A program made the position numbers and the translations under genes. Source: a virus (taxonomy: Duplodnaviria > Heunggongvirae > Uroviricota > Caudoviricetes). From it: a stretch of DNA of 19,056 nt. A model generated the notes under the pieces. That model searched no databases, was not told the DNA's origin, and saw only the letters and a list, made by a program, of their open reading frames with translations. Positions 1 to 7,624 of this stretch are shown one piece after another; the stretch's first letter is position 1; each line of letters starts with the position of its first letter. Where the stretch lies: the IMG/VR virus record IMGVR_UViG_2713896899_000019, positions 1 to 19,056 of that record, one strand, 5' to 3'.

Positions 1-1314
1 CTAACCCACTGATTTTAATAAGTCTCTTGTGTCACTTTGGTGACCATGGGACATCATTGGGACATAATCTGCCAGCTTCTGATTCAGCATTGCGATCTGT
101 TCTGCATTACTGTCAGTCATCCATGCTCCGTATACATTGAACACCATCTGGGCACTTGCATGGCCCATCTGGCTGGCAATGAAGCTTGGATTTGCTCCGG
201 CAGATAATGACCAGCACGCATAAGTGTGTCGTGACTGGTATGCTTTCCGGTGCCTGATGCCCGCACGCTTAATGGCTGTTTCCCATGAGTCGCCAATAGA
301 ATCTACCTTGTAGATAAAACCGACCTGTTTGCTTTTTCTAACCACCTGGGGGTTAAATACGAAAGTACATTCATGATTCACTGAACGCCCATATTCACGT
401 AGTTGAACCTTGATGTGGTGCTGCTTACCCAGTCTTGTCATTTCAGCCTGATTTTTCAGGACACTGATAGCGGGCTGGATAAGATGCACAACCCTGTTTG
501 TACTTGCTTCAGTTTTAGGTAGAGTGAACTCACCGAGTTTCGTATAATTGCGCCTGATAGTAATAGTTCCTGCTTTCAGATCGATATCTTCCCAGGCCAG
601 GGAGACCAGTTCACCGTGACGCATTCCTGTGTACACAGCCAATGACCACAGGTTTTTCGTCTGCTGATGTCGGCAAGCATCTATCAGGCGAATAAATTCG
701 TCACGAGTTAGCGGATCTGGCTCTGCCCTGGCTCTTTTAAGAGGCTTAATTCCCTGGAAAGGATTTGCTTCTAAGTAACCGTGATCTGCAGCAAACTGAA
801 ACATTCCTGCGATTGTCGTCATGTAATAATTTACAGTAACGACGCTCCGTCCTTTTGCTGCTGCTTTGTTTTTCGTTGAATTCTGATATCCGGTCAGCAA
901 ATCTTTCCTGATATACAGCAATTCCTCTTTAGTTACCGATGACACCAGTCTGCTGCCTCCAATTTTCGGAACCATCGTTCTTGCAACGGATTCATAGCGA
1001 TTGAATGCATTTGCAGAGATTTCCATTCGTTTCAGATCCAGCCACTTTTCTTCAAGTTCCTTCACCGTAATTTCTTTTTTACTTACCCCAAAAGCCTTGA
1101 GGTTAGGAGAGTCAGGGAACTGCGCAGCGTAATCAAAGTTTCCTGTACGAATAGCAAAACATACAGATGTCCGCAGCTCTCCGGCGATCTTCCTGTTCTT
1201 GGCAGTGTCAGGGACACCAAGATTTTCCCTGACACGTTTACCTTTAAAATTAAACCAGATGCGTAATGTGCCACCGTGGTTTTCGACGCCTGTTGGATAT
1301 TTGACTTTATCCAT
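1..1314 (-). CDS. int: Phage integrase, tyrosine recombinase
   Basis: 437-aa ORF. C-terminal region has the tyrosine-recombinase pattern (…SRHTYACW…MGHASAQMVFNVYGAW). ATG at 1314-1312 is preceded by GGAGG; stop TAG is at 1-3, the window edge. Confidence 0.88.
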   Translation of the reverse strand: MDKVKYPTGVENHGGTLRIWFNFKGKRVRENLGVPDTAKNRKIAGELRTSVCFAIRTGNFDYAAQFPDSPNLKAFGVSKKEITVKELEEKWLDLKRMEISANAFNRYESVARTMVPKIGGSRLVSSVTKEELLYIRKDLLTGYQNSTKNKAAAKGRSVVTVNYYMTTIAGMFQFAADHGYLEANPFQGIKPLKRARAEPDPLTRDEFIRLIDACRHQQTKNLWSLAVYTGMRHGELVSLAWEDIDLKAGTITIRRNYTKLGEFTLPKTEASTNRVVHLIQPAISVLKNQAEMTRLGKQHHIKVQLREYGRSVNHECTFVFNPQVVRKSKQVGFIYKVDSIGDSWETAIKRAGIRHRKAYQSRHTYACWSLSAGANPSFIASQMGHASAQMVFNVYGAWMTDSNAEQIAMLNQKLADYVPMMSHGHQSDTRDLLKSVG

Positions 1315-1369
1315 TGATACCTCCAGACGCCCAAGAGCGATACGAGCTTACATACTTCATGGCATTAAA

Positions 1370-1606
1370 TCACCCAGGTTGTTTGTTTTTCATTGAAGCG
1401 ACCCAGGCATCTATTGCTTTTCTGTTATACATACATTCACTGGAAGGCTTTGGATTACCGTCTGGTGATACGTGAATATACTCTCTTCCAACCATCCAGC
1501 ATTCTTTCCGGGCCCGAAGAATTGTGCCTGGTTTGAGCCCGGTAATTGCGATTAGAACGCTTTCACAAACCCATTCATTGGGAGCCAGTTGAATCACATT
1601 GCCCAT
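1370..1606 (-). CDS. xis: Excisionase-like small DNA-binding protein
   Basis: 78-aa ORF immediately upstream of int on the same strand. The ITGLKPGTILRARKECWMVGREY segment resembles excisionase-family proteins from recollection, and the position matches xis. Confidence 0.55.
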   Translation of the reverse strand: MGNVIQLAPNEWVCESVLIAITGLKPGTILRARKECWMVGREYIHVSPDGNPKPSSECMYNRKAIDAWVASMKNKQPG

Positions 1607-1614
1607 GCATTACC

Positions 1615-1761
1615 TCACACAACACTCAGCCCACGGCAGTGGCACCACACTTCAAACATTCGTTTCACAATTTCACGACAGTAGAAACCGTCAACATCTC
1701 GTGTCAGGTCATAGCGATTGCCGTAACGCTGGTGGACCCATCGTTCAAATGCTTTATTCAT
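1615..1761 (-). CDS. Small hypothetical protein (48 aa)
   Basis: Hand-translated as MNKAFERWVHQRYGNRYDLTRDVDGFYCREIVKRMFEVWCHCRGLSVV. AAGGAAG sits 7 nt upstream of the ATG. It fills the gap between the 80-aa gene stop (1765) and xis start (1606). It is below the ORF-track length cutoff. Confidence 0.3.
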   Translation of the reverse strand: MNKAFERWVHQRYGNRYDLTRDVDGFYCREIVKRMFEVWCHCRGLSVV

Positions 1762-1764
1762 TCT

Positions 1765-2007
1765 TTACTTCCTTTTCATGGCTCGTAATTTTTTCAGATG
1801 AGCTTCCTGCTCTGTTTCTGCCAGAATTTGTCGGTATTCCTGGTGATCGATCCGTTCAAACAGTTCATTAAAATCGTTTATTTTTACCGACTGTGTTCGC
1901 CCATCCATTCTTCTGTACAACACAGTGTTGTTTATGCAGCGAATAATTTTTATCGGGTAGCCAGCACTATCGGTGTATATCTGACCACGTTGAATCAGAG
2001 CGAACAT
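1765..2007 (-). CDS. Hypothetical phage protein (80 aa)
   Basis: ORF in operon orientation, tightly packed with its neighbours. Confidence 0.5.
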   Translation of the reverse strand: MFALIQRGQIYTDSAGYPIKIIRCINNTVLYRRMDGRTQSVKINDFNELFERIDHQEYRQILAETEQEAHLKKLRAMKRK

Positions 2008-2011
2008 TCCT

Positions 2012-2098
2012 TTATCCCCAGCGGAAAAGCGAATACAGAATAAATGCCACCGCTATTGCAACTCCTACTGCGGTGAATGCTTCAGGCCAATTCATCAT
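2012..2098 (-). CDS. Small hydrophobic peptide (28 aa), putative membrane micro-protein
   Basis: Hand-translated as MMNWPEAFTAVGVAIAVAFILYSLFRWG. Its ATG overlaps the stop of the upstream 151-aa gene (ATGA at 2095-2098). It fills the gap to the next gene exactly. Confidence 0.3.
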   Translation of the reverse strand: MMNWPEAFTAVGVAIAVAFILYSLFRWG

Positions 2099-2550
2099 TT
2101 CACCTCCACGCCGATCCCGGCAATAACACAATCCCGTTTAATAGCTTCTTTCACCCAGCGTTTATAGGTTGCCGGATGGAATTTTGCGTTTTTTCCGGTA
2201 CCGCTCCAGAATGCCTTTGATGTGATATCGGGCAGGGTGATAGTCAGGCCTTTCTTCTTGCTGCTTTCAGAACTTTTGCAAAAAGTTAATGCGTCGCGTA
2301 GTTCTTTAACGCACGCATAGTTTTCTGCTTTCTCTGGATCGCCGGTACGGTGTTCAGCTTCTTGTCTGCACCATTTGAGGACTTTCTCAGCGGCTGCGTG
2401 GAGACGCTGACGTTGCCAGTCGTATGTGTCGACCAGCCCATATGCGTGATCCTTTGCTTTGCTTAATTCAGCTACGAGGCATTCGGAATCAATCAGATTA
2501 TTTTCCGCAGCGGAAAGTGCTTGTTTCAGTCGCTCGATTTCTTCAGCCAT
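2095..2550 (-). CDS. Hypothetical phage protein (151 aa)
   Basis: ORF in operon orientation; no family recognised. Confidence 0.55.
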   Translation of the reverse strand: MAEEIERLKQALSAAENNLIDSECLVAELSKAKDHAYGLVDTYDWQRQRLHAAAEKVLKWCRQEAEHRTGDPEKAENYACVKELRDALTFCKSSESSKKKGLTITLPDITSKAFWSGTGKNAKFHPATYKRWVKEAIKRDCVIAGIGVEVK

Positions 2551-2732
2551 GTAATAGCCTGTTTTACTCTAGGTATCGACATCATCGTCACTCATATCCA
2601 GTTCCATCGACGCCATCAGAACGGCGTCGTGATAGTTCTGGCTACCGCAGGTGATTGTAACGGCGTAGGAGTCACTATTTTCTCGCTTATGGATAAGTAC
2701 AACTGGGTTTTTGATCTTGCCCACCCCGCACC

Positions 2733-2828
2733 TCAGTAATTCATTAAAAATTTATATTCAATCAGCGTACCGAAAACGACGGACGCCAGCAGCAGACTAA
2801 ACAGTATGGACAGGAGGAATGACTTCAT
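2733..2828 (-). CDS. Small hydrophobic peptide (31 aa), putative single-pass membrane protein
   Basis: Hand-translated as MKSFLLSILFSLLLASVVFGTLIEYKFLMNY. Its start overlaps the upstream stop as TGATG at 2826-2830. Confidence 0.3.
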   Translation of the reverse strand: MKSFLLSILFSLLLASVVFGTLIEYKFLMNY

Positions 2829-3049
2829 CACTTTGCCTCCCGCTGTACGATTTTGTAGGCGCGCAGGATGTCGCGTGTTTTTCCTGACAACGATGACTTA
2901 ACCCAGAAAAAGCCGCTGCGGTTTTCAGAGATCCCCTGTACATTAAACAGCACCGCATCAACAACGCGGTTATGCTTTTGCAATGTCAGGCAGGAACTGG
3001 TGATCACGATGTTCGCTACGGCGCCATAGTCCTGGTATTGGATTTTCAT
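2828..3049 (-). CDS. Hypothetical phage protein (73 aa)
   Basis: ORF with GGGGAA upstream of the ATG; its start directly abuts the stop of the 112-aa gene. Confidence 0.5.
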   Translation of the reverse strand: MKIQYQDYGAVANIVITSSCLTLQKHNRVVDAVLFNVQGISENRSGFFWVKSSLSGKTRDILRAYKIVQREAK

Positions 3050-3388
3050 TTACATGTTCCCCATAACGGTATCGCTCATGTCGTTGACCATGCTCTGCCA
3101 GATTTCTTTGCCGCTTTGCGTCAGCTCGTTTCCACGAACGCATTTGCTTAACAGTTGAATACCAACGGCTTCCCATTGGGGGTAATTTTCTTTGATAGCC
3201 TTCAGAGCATAACCATCGATTAAGTCCCTGATGCCTTTAACCCCACCGATGATGTTTACTCGTATGGATTGCCCATTGACATTAATCAGGAAATGACCAC
3301 CGCTGGTGGCGGATATGTGGTTGTGCAGTGCCGCCGCATACTGATTTGCCAGCGCATTGAGGCGGAAATTTTGTGTAATGAGTGACAT
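3050..3388 (-). CDS. Hypothetical phage protein (112 aa)
   Basis: ORF whose start overlaps the upstream stop as TAATG at 3386-3390. Confidence 0.55.
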   Translation of the reverse strand: MSLITQNFRLNALANQYAAALHNHISATSGGHFLINVNGQSIRVNIIGGVKGIRDLIDGYALKAIKENYPQWEAVGIQLLSKCVRGNELTQSGKEIWQSMVNDMSDTVMGNM

Positions 3389-4134
3389 TATTTACCCTCC
3401 CAACCAATCACCTGAAACAGCCCCATCTTCGGGTGATACCAGCGGGTACCACGTGGCTCTGCCTCTGACATCATCTGATGAAATGCTTTCATGAATGGCT
3501 CCAGCTCCACGATAGCCCGGCGCGAAAGAAGACCATCTGGTGTCATAAATTCGTGCGTATCGGTTGGGATGCTGTAGGCATTGACCAGATTGCGGCACTT
3601 AGCATCAGTCATTCCGCTTTTGGCGACCACCTGGCGATAACCGACATATCCGGCGCGCATATTTCCGCGTTTGATGGTTTCCACCGCTTCTGTGACTGTT
3701 TCGAGCTGTTCTTCCACATGATTCAGGCGCTTCTGTTGACGAACAGCGTCGGCGGCTATCGCAGCGATCATCTCGATTTCCGTTAGCGGTGTGCGAGTGC
3801 GGAAGTAGCTGTTAACCAGTTCGCGCTGAACCTGCCAGGCAAGGGCGTCATTGAATGGCTTCGTCAACATCAGGTAACCTGATTCAAAAAGTACAATCCC
3901 TGATGGTGCAAATTTAGAGAATGTTCCTTCCGGGAGGTCCGTACGTATTACGTCCGCACCTAATTCGGCATAATCCACACCGCTGATGAAATGCTCACGG
4001 TTTCGGTTGAATGCTGCACGCGCTGTTCCTTCCGGTCGCTGGTGGACTTCATCAATCATCGCCAGCGTCACAACACGCTGACCGCGATATTCGACTGCCG
4101 GAAGCTGTTTGTTATTGATCGTTACTATGTTCAT
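3388..4134 (-). CDS. ORF6N/KilA-N-like DNA-binding protein (antirepressor-like)
   Basis: 248 aa. N-terminus (…LAMIDEVHQRPEGTARAAFNRNREHFISGVDYAEL…) matches my recollection of the ORF6N domain seen in phage antirepressor-like proteins. No search was run. Confidence 0.55.
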   Translation of the reverse strand: MNIVTINNKQLPAVEYRGQRVVTLAMIDEVHQRPEGTARAAFNRNREHFISGVDYAELGADVIRTDLPEGTFSKFAPSGIVLFESGYLMLTKPFNDALAWQVQRELVNSYFRTRTPLTEIEMIAAIAADAVRQQKRLNHVEEQLETVTEAVETIKRGNMRAGYVGYRQVVAKSGMTDAKCRNLVNAYSIPTDTHEFMTPDGLLSRRAIVELEPFMKAFHQMMSEAEPRGTRWYHPKMGLFQVIGWEGK

Positions 4135-4145
4135 TTTCGTCCACC

Positions 4146-4724
4146 TCAGTGCATAACCGGCATGTCTGGCATACCGTCTTTCTGAATCAGTTCAATGAAG
4201 CTGTCATGTAGTATGTTGAGTCCCTCCCGGCCCATCGCTGACAGCCTGAATCCGCATTTCTCGTCAGTTACAACCATGTCCTGATACATACGCAGCGCCA
4301 TCTGCTGGCCAACGTCAGGCCCGTATTTTTCAATTGCGCCCGCCTCGATATGGTTAGCGAGCGCGAAGCGCTCAGACCATGGATAAATGCTGATTGAACC
4401 GGGTTTTCCTGTGTATACAACGGCTGTATCTACGCCGCCCTTGTCATTCTGAACATCGACAGTCCCGTTCTTCTCCTGCTCCTCAGCAATGAACACGGCG
4501 ACAACAAGCCAGCGCCATAGGATGATTTGTTTTTCAATACACGGCATAAACCAGCCGCTTTCAATCCCTTCCATAATGCAAGCTATCAGATCGAGCCCGT
4601 CCGGAATTCGTTTGTCATAGTTACCGTTGTCGATCTGGCGAACCGCAGTTGAATAACCAATAATTCGATTACCAAAACGGATGCCTGTTAATGTAGGTTC
4701 AGGGGTAATGGTTGAATTAATCAT
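4146..4724 (-). CDS. Hypothetical phage protein (192 aa)
   Basis: ORF track gives a TTG start at 4727; the adjacent ATG at 4724-4722 with AAGGAGAG about 6 nt upstream is the more likely start. Confidence 0.6.
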   Translation of the reverse strand: MINSTITPEPTLTGIRFGNRIIGYSTAVRQIDNGNYDKRIPDGLDLIACIMEGIESGWFMPCIEKQIILWRWLVVAVFIAEEQEKNGTVDVQNDKGGVDTAVVYTGKPGSISIYPWSERFALANHIEAGAIEKYGPDVGQQMALRMYQDMVVTDEKCGFRLSAMGREGLNILHDSFIELIQKDGMPDMPVMH

Positions 4725-4757
4725 CAATACTCTCCTTTTGGTTTGAAGGTTTATTGT

Positions 4758-4979
4758 TCATTTCCGGTCCTTAACTTTGCTGTATCGTTCATGGCTCATT
4801 ACTTCCCAGTTCTGGCCGCCGTCTCGGGACAGCAGCCGCCAGCGGCGATTAACCCTCAGACTCAGGTTTCCGGAGCCGTGCATACGACAGGGATGAATTC
4901 GTCTGGCTCTGAACTGGCGGAGAACACGGACCGCCTGCAGGTGCACCCACTCAGGAATTCGTATTGCTGTTAATGTCAC
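4758..4979 (-). CDS. Small arginine-rich protein (73 aa)
   Basis: GTG start preceded by GGAGG. High arginine content (…RVLRQFRARRIHPCRMHG…RVNRRWRLLSRDGG…). Overlaps the 3' end of the upstream 69-aa gene by 29 nt in another frame. Confidence 0.35.
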   Translation of the reverse strand: MTLTAIRIPEWVHLQAVRVLRQFRARRIHPCRMHGSGNLSLRVNRRWRLLSRDGGQNWEVMSHERYSKVKDRK

Positions 4980-5160
4980 CGATTTCCTCCAGATCAGGAG
5001 CGATTACCTGATATCCCGCTTTCTTTGCTATCCATAAGAAGGTATCCATGCTGGCAATCATCTCGTTATTGTGAACTTTACGGGTATTTATTACCTGACC
5101 ATTTTCAATCGTCATAATGATCTGTACTTTTTCGTGTATAAGAGGGGATAAATCAGACAT
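4951..5160 (-). CDS. Hypothetical phage protein (69 aa)
   Basis: Start overlaps the upstream stop as TGATG at 5158-5162. Confidence 0.45.
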   Translation of the reverse strand: MSDLSPLIHEKVQIIMTIENGQVINTRKVHNNEMIASMDTFLWIAKKAGYQVIAPDLEEIGDINSNTNS

Positions 5161-5519
5161 CAGTTAATTCCTCCACTGATATATTTCTCTTTTACGTAGT
5201 CAACAACCTCTTTTAAAAGGCCGTCCACTATCAGTTTCCCTGATTCAGTGAGATATTCCGTGTGTTGATTAATACCGATGGCATTCTGGTATGCGGTACG
5301 GATTGTTGCTTCTCCTTCCGTCCGTCCATATTCAACACGGGTAAGACCCTCAAATCGTAATAACAACTGGTTCATGAACTGTTCAGTTATTTCTATCGTT
5401 GTTATTTCTCCGTCCGGGAGGTCAACGACGAGCAGATTACTACCTGTTTTACGTTGCATCCGCCGGAGTGCCGCTGTTACCATGCGGCGACGATCTTTAT
5501 AAATGGTTGTACATGCCAT
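5160..5519 (-). CDS. Hypothetical phage protein (119 aa)
   Basis: ORF in operon orientation; no family recognised. Confidence 0.55.
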   Translation of the reverse strand: MACTTIYKDRRRMVTAALRRMQRKTGSNLLVVDLPDGEITTIEITEQFMNQLLLRFEGLTRVEYGRTEGEATIRTAYQNAIGINQHTEYLTESGKLIVDGLLKEVVDYVKEKYISGGIN

Positions 5520-5522
5520 TTG

Positions 5523-5621
5523 TTATTTCCCGTATGCTTTTCTGAGAAACAGTATTGCAACTGACCAGTATCCTGCATTAGCCATTAATAATGCGGTTTT
5601 ATAAGCGTTTCTATTTTTCAT
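5523..5621 (-). CDS. Small hydrophobic peptide (32 aa)
   Basis: Hand-translated as MKNRNAYKTALLMANAGYWSVAILFLRKAYGK. Stop lies 3 nt before the start of the 119-aa gene. Weak RBS. Confidence 0.25.
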   Translation of the reverse strand: MKNRNAYKTALLMANAGYWSVAILFLRKAYGK

Positions 5622-5703
5622 GCATCACCATTATTTTCTGGTTGTGGAAATCCACGACCAGAGGCCGTCATGTTTTTATGTGTGATTTTTTACTGAATGT
5701 TCT

Positions 5704-5895
5704 TTATTCGTTGCGTAGTGTTTCTATATACTCGTAAGCCATTTCACAGGTCTTATTCATGGAGCGAATGAGACAGCATAAATAATCGTCTGTCTCTCCT
5801 TGGTCGGGCGAATTCTTAAATATAAATTCAAGCATTGATGTATTCTCTTTTATTTGTGCCGCCACTTCCTCAAGAATATTTAATGGAGTTATCAT
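5704..5895 (-). CDS. Small acidic protein (63 aa)
   Basis: ORF in an AT-rich segment. Acidic composition (…EEVAAQIKE…DQGETDDY…EMAYEYIETLRNE). Start overlaps the upstream stop (5892-5895). Confidence 0.45.
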   Translation of the reverse strand: MITPLNILEEVAAQIKENTSMLEFIFKNSPDQGETDDYLCCLIRSMNKTCEMAYEYIETLRNE

Positions 5896-6116
5896 GTTCT
5901 TTGCTCCTTAAATGCATCGCATGCGCTTCTGGCGTATTGTTGTGCCAGTAAAAAGATATCATCCGAAAGTTCATCACATTCTTCATCACCGGAAGCCGAA
6001 ATGATTAACCCCGCTTCAAGCAGTACGGCAATGTGATGAAAAGCTGTCTCCGGTTCGTTGGTAAGGCCTTTGAACATTTTCATCTTATGCTTCCTCCTGA
6101 TTTTGTTTATAAGCAT
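5892..6116 (-). CDS. Small acidic protein (74 aa; start may be an internal Met)
   Basis: ORF in an AT-rich segment with an acidic stretch (…ASGDEECDELSDDIF…). Overlaps the 3' end of the 138-aa gene. Confidence 0.4.
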   Translation of the reverse strand: MLINKIRRKHKMKMFKGLTNEPETAFHHIAVLLEAGLIISASGDEECDELSDDIFLLAQQYARSACDAFKEQRT

Positions 6117-6501
6117 CAGTCAATAACAACATTGGATCACAGCCAAGAACATTAGCCAGAGGGATAAGCATGCTGATGGTTGGTTCGTACTCTCCGCTTT
6201 CCCACTGGATGATGATTTCTTCATCGAGGTCGAGCAGTCTGGCGAGTTCGGCTGTTGTTAAGCCGCAGTCTTCGCGTTGGGTACGAAGACGGTTGTTGAT
6301 TGCAGAATTTTTGTTCTGTAAAAGCATTGCTGACGATAGCTTTCTGGATATGCTATTTGTCATATCCCATGCCAGTCCTGCGCATGACTCTATATCGCTA
6401 GAGAGCGTAGCATCTGGTGTTGCTTTTGCTATTAGTGTAATGAGGCTGCCGAGGTTTTTCAGTTCTTCGAGACAGTCAAGAGTTGTAGCTTTATTGATCA
6501 T
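6085..6501 (-). CDS. HTH (XRE-type) domain protein with an unrecognised N-terminal domain; first gene of the leftward early operon
   Basis: 138 aa. C-terminal segment GLTTAELARLLDLDEEIIIQWESGEYEPTISMLIPLANVLGCDP is a typical XRE-family helix-turn-helix. It sits directly downstream of the putative OL/PL. Confidence 0.55.
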   Translation of the reverse strand: MINKATTLDCLEELKNLGSLITLIAKATPDATLSSDIESCAGLAWDMTNSISRKLSSAMLLQNKNSAINNRLRTQREDCGLTTAELARLLDLDEEIIIQWESGEYEPTISMLIPLANVLGCDPMLLLTDAYKQNQEEA

Positions 6502-6604
6502 GAGATGATACCTCAGTTACGAACTTTGCTTCATGGTAACTAAGGTATCAAGGTGTGGCAAGTGATTTTTGATACTTTGGTTTCTTTTTGTGTTTTGTGT
6601 CTGG
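6502..6604 (-). promoter_or_regulatory. Putative OL/PL region (leftward early promoter and operator)
   Basis: Candidate minus-strand promoter: -35 TTGCCA (plus 6556-6561), 17-nt spacer, -10 TACCAT (plus 6533-6538). The 12-mer TTGATACTTTGG (6569-6580) is identical to the 12-mer at the PR -35 (7308-7319). GATAC/GTATC pentamers occur at 6507, 6545 and 6571. Confidence 0.35.
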
Positions 6605-7261
6605 TCAGAAAATATCCCACCTGGCATCAACCACAACACCTACTATTTCGCAATCATTGTCCATTTCTATGATTGGATATTGTGGATTAAGGGGCTTTAG
6701 AAACGCCTTTCCCATTTCAGAAATATATTTTTTGAATGTTGCTTCATTGGTAGATTTTTTTCTGGCGATGACGTAACACCCTGAAAAAACTTCTTTATCT
6801 GGGTTGACAAGGATCGACATTCCTTCAGGAAATGTTATTCCTACGGGCGAAGTCATTGAGTCTCCGTGCACTTCCAGCCAGAACCCCCTCTCTCCAGCGT
6901 ATTTTACAGAATGCCTCCAATTATCCTGATCATACATGTTGTAGTCATCACCAGCAGTTGCGAATAATCCTGCCTGAACCCAGTTAATTACAGGGTAAGA
7001 GTGTGCTGTGTCTCTCTGTGGGCAGCTCTTAACATTATTTTCCCAATGCTTATCTTTTTCATCTCCGTTCTGAAGCCACTGCGGTGAACACTGCAGTGCA
7101 GCTGCGACTTTAAAAAGGGTGTCACCGTTGAAACTTTTTGTAAGGCCTTGCTCGGCTTTACTGATTGCAACTCTGGTGACCCCTGCTTTTTTAGCCAACG
7201 CATCTTGCGTTAACCCAGCTTTTTGTCGTGCGTTGATGAGGCGTTCACCTAAAGATTTCAT
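6605..7261 (-). CDS. cI: CI-like prophage repressor (HTH-XRE N-terminal domain, LexA/S24-like C-terminal autopeptidase domain)
   Basis: The ORF track extends to 7336, but the in-frame ATG at 7261-7259 (MKSLGERLINARQKAGLTQDALAKKAGVTRVAISKAEQG…) is preceded by AAGGAGA. The C-terminus has GDSM and a downstream lysine, as in S24 peptidases. It is divergent from the cro-like gene. Confidence 0.85.
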   Translation of the reverse strand: MKSLGERLINARQKAGLTQDALAKKAGVTRVAISKAEQGLTKSFNGDTLFKVAAALQCSPQWLQNGDEKDKHWENNVKSCPQRDTAHSYPVINWVQAGLFATAGDDYNMYDQDNWRHSVKYAGERGFWLEVHGDSMTSPVGITFPEGMSILVNPDKEVFSGCYVIARKKSTNEATFKKYISEMGKAFLKPLNPQYPIIEMDNDCEIVGVVVDARWDIF

Positions 7262-7372
7262 TTTTCTTCTCCTTTCATGGCTGCTGATACTAAAGTAACA
7301 GAATTTCTTGATACTTTGGATTCTCGCGTTTAACATTCTTGGATAACAGAGTATCCGGTGTGAGGCTAAAGA
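7262..7372. promoter_or_regulatory. Immunity-region control region (putative OR with PR rightward and PRM leftward)
   Basis: Rightward promoter: -35 TTGATA (7308-7313), 17-nt spacer, -10 TAACAT (7331-7336), about 37 nt upstream of the cro-like ATG. GATAC-containing motifs at 7286 and 7310, and the palindrome GGATAacagagTATCC at 7341-7356. A leftward -10-like TAGTAT lies upstream of cI. Confidence 0.45.
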
Positions 7373-7624
7373 ATGACCCTTTATGAAATATTAAAAACTC
7401 AATTTAAGACCAATGCCGCTATTGGCCGTAGGTTCCCAAAGAAAGGAAGGCCTCGTGGTAGTCAGGGAGTTGGAAAGTGGAAAACACGGGGCGTTCCGGA
7501 GGATGTTGCCATTCTCTGCCATCTGGATCCGAACATTCCATATACACATCCAAGCTTAGCGCGCACGGGAGAGGTGAAGGGCTTGTATGTCCCAGAATTA
7601 CGTTCAGACAGAGATGCCATCTAG
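7373..7624 (+). CDS. cro: Cro-like small DNA-binding regulator
   Basis: 83-aa ORF divergent from cI, with GAGG 8 nt upstream of the ATG. The cro call rests on position and size; no motif was aligned. Confidence 0.55.
   Translation: MTLYEILKTQFKTNAAIGRRFPKKGRPRGSQGVGKWKTRGVPEDVAILCHLDPNIPYTHPSLARTGEVKGLYVPELRSDRDAI

Noticed and set aside
1083-1396. Short ORFs on both strands overlapping the 5' part of int (1083-1334 minus, 1199-1396 plus)
   Set aside because: They lie inside the integrase gene in alternative frames or antisense; no support.
2570-2640. 15-codon acidic ORF (MASMELDMSDDDVDT) and GACGCC…GGCGTC hairpin upstream of the 151-aa gene
   Set aside because: Too short and without an RBS to call as a gene; the hairpin has no T-tract. 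Possibly a regulatory structure, but unsupported.
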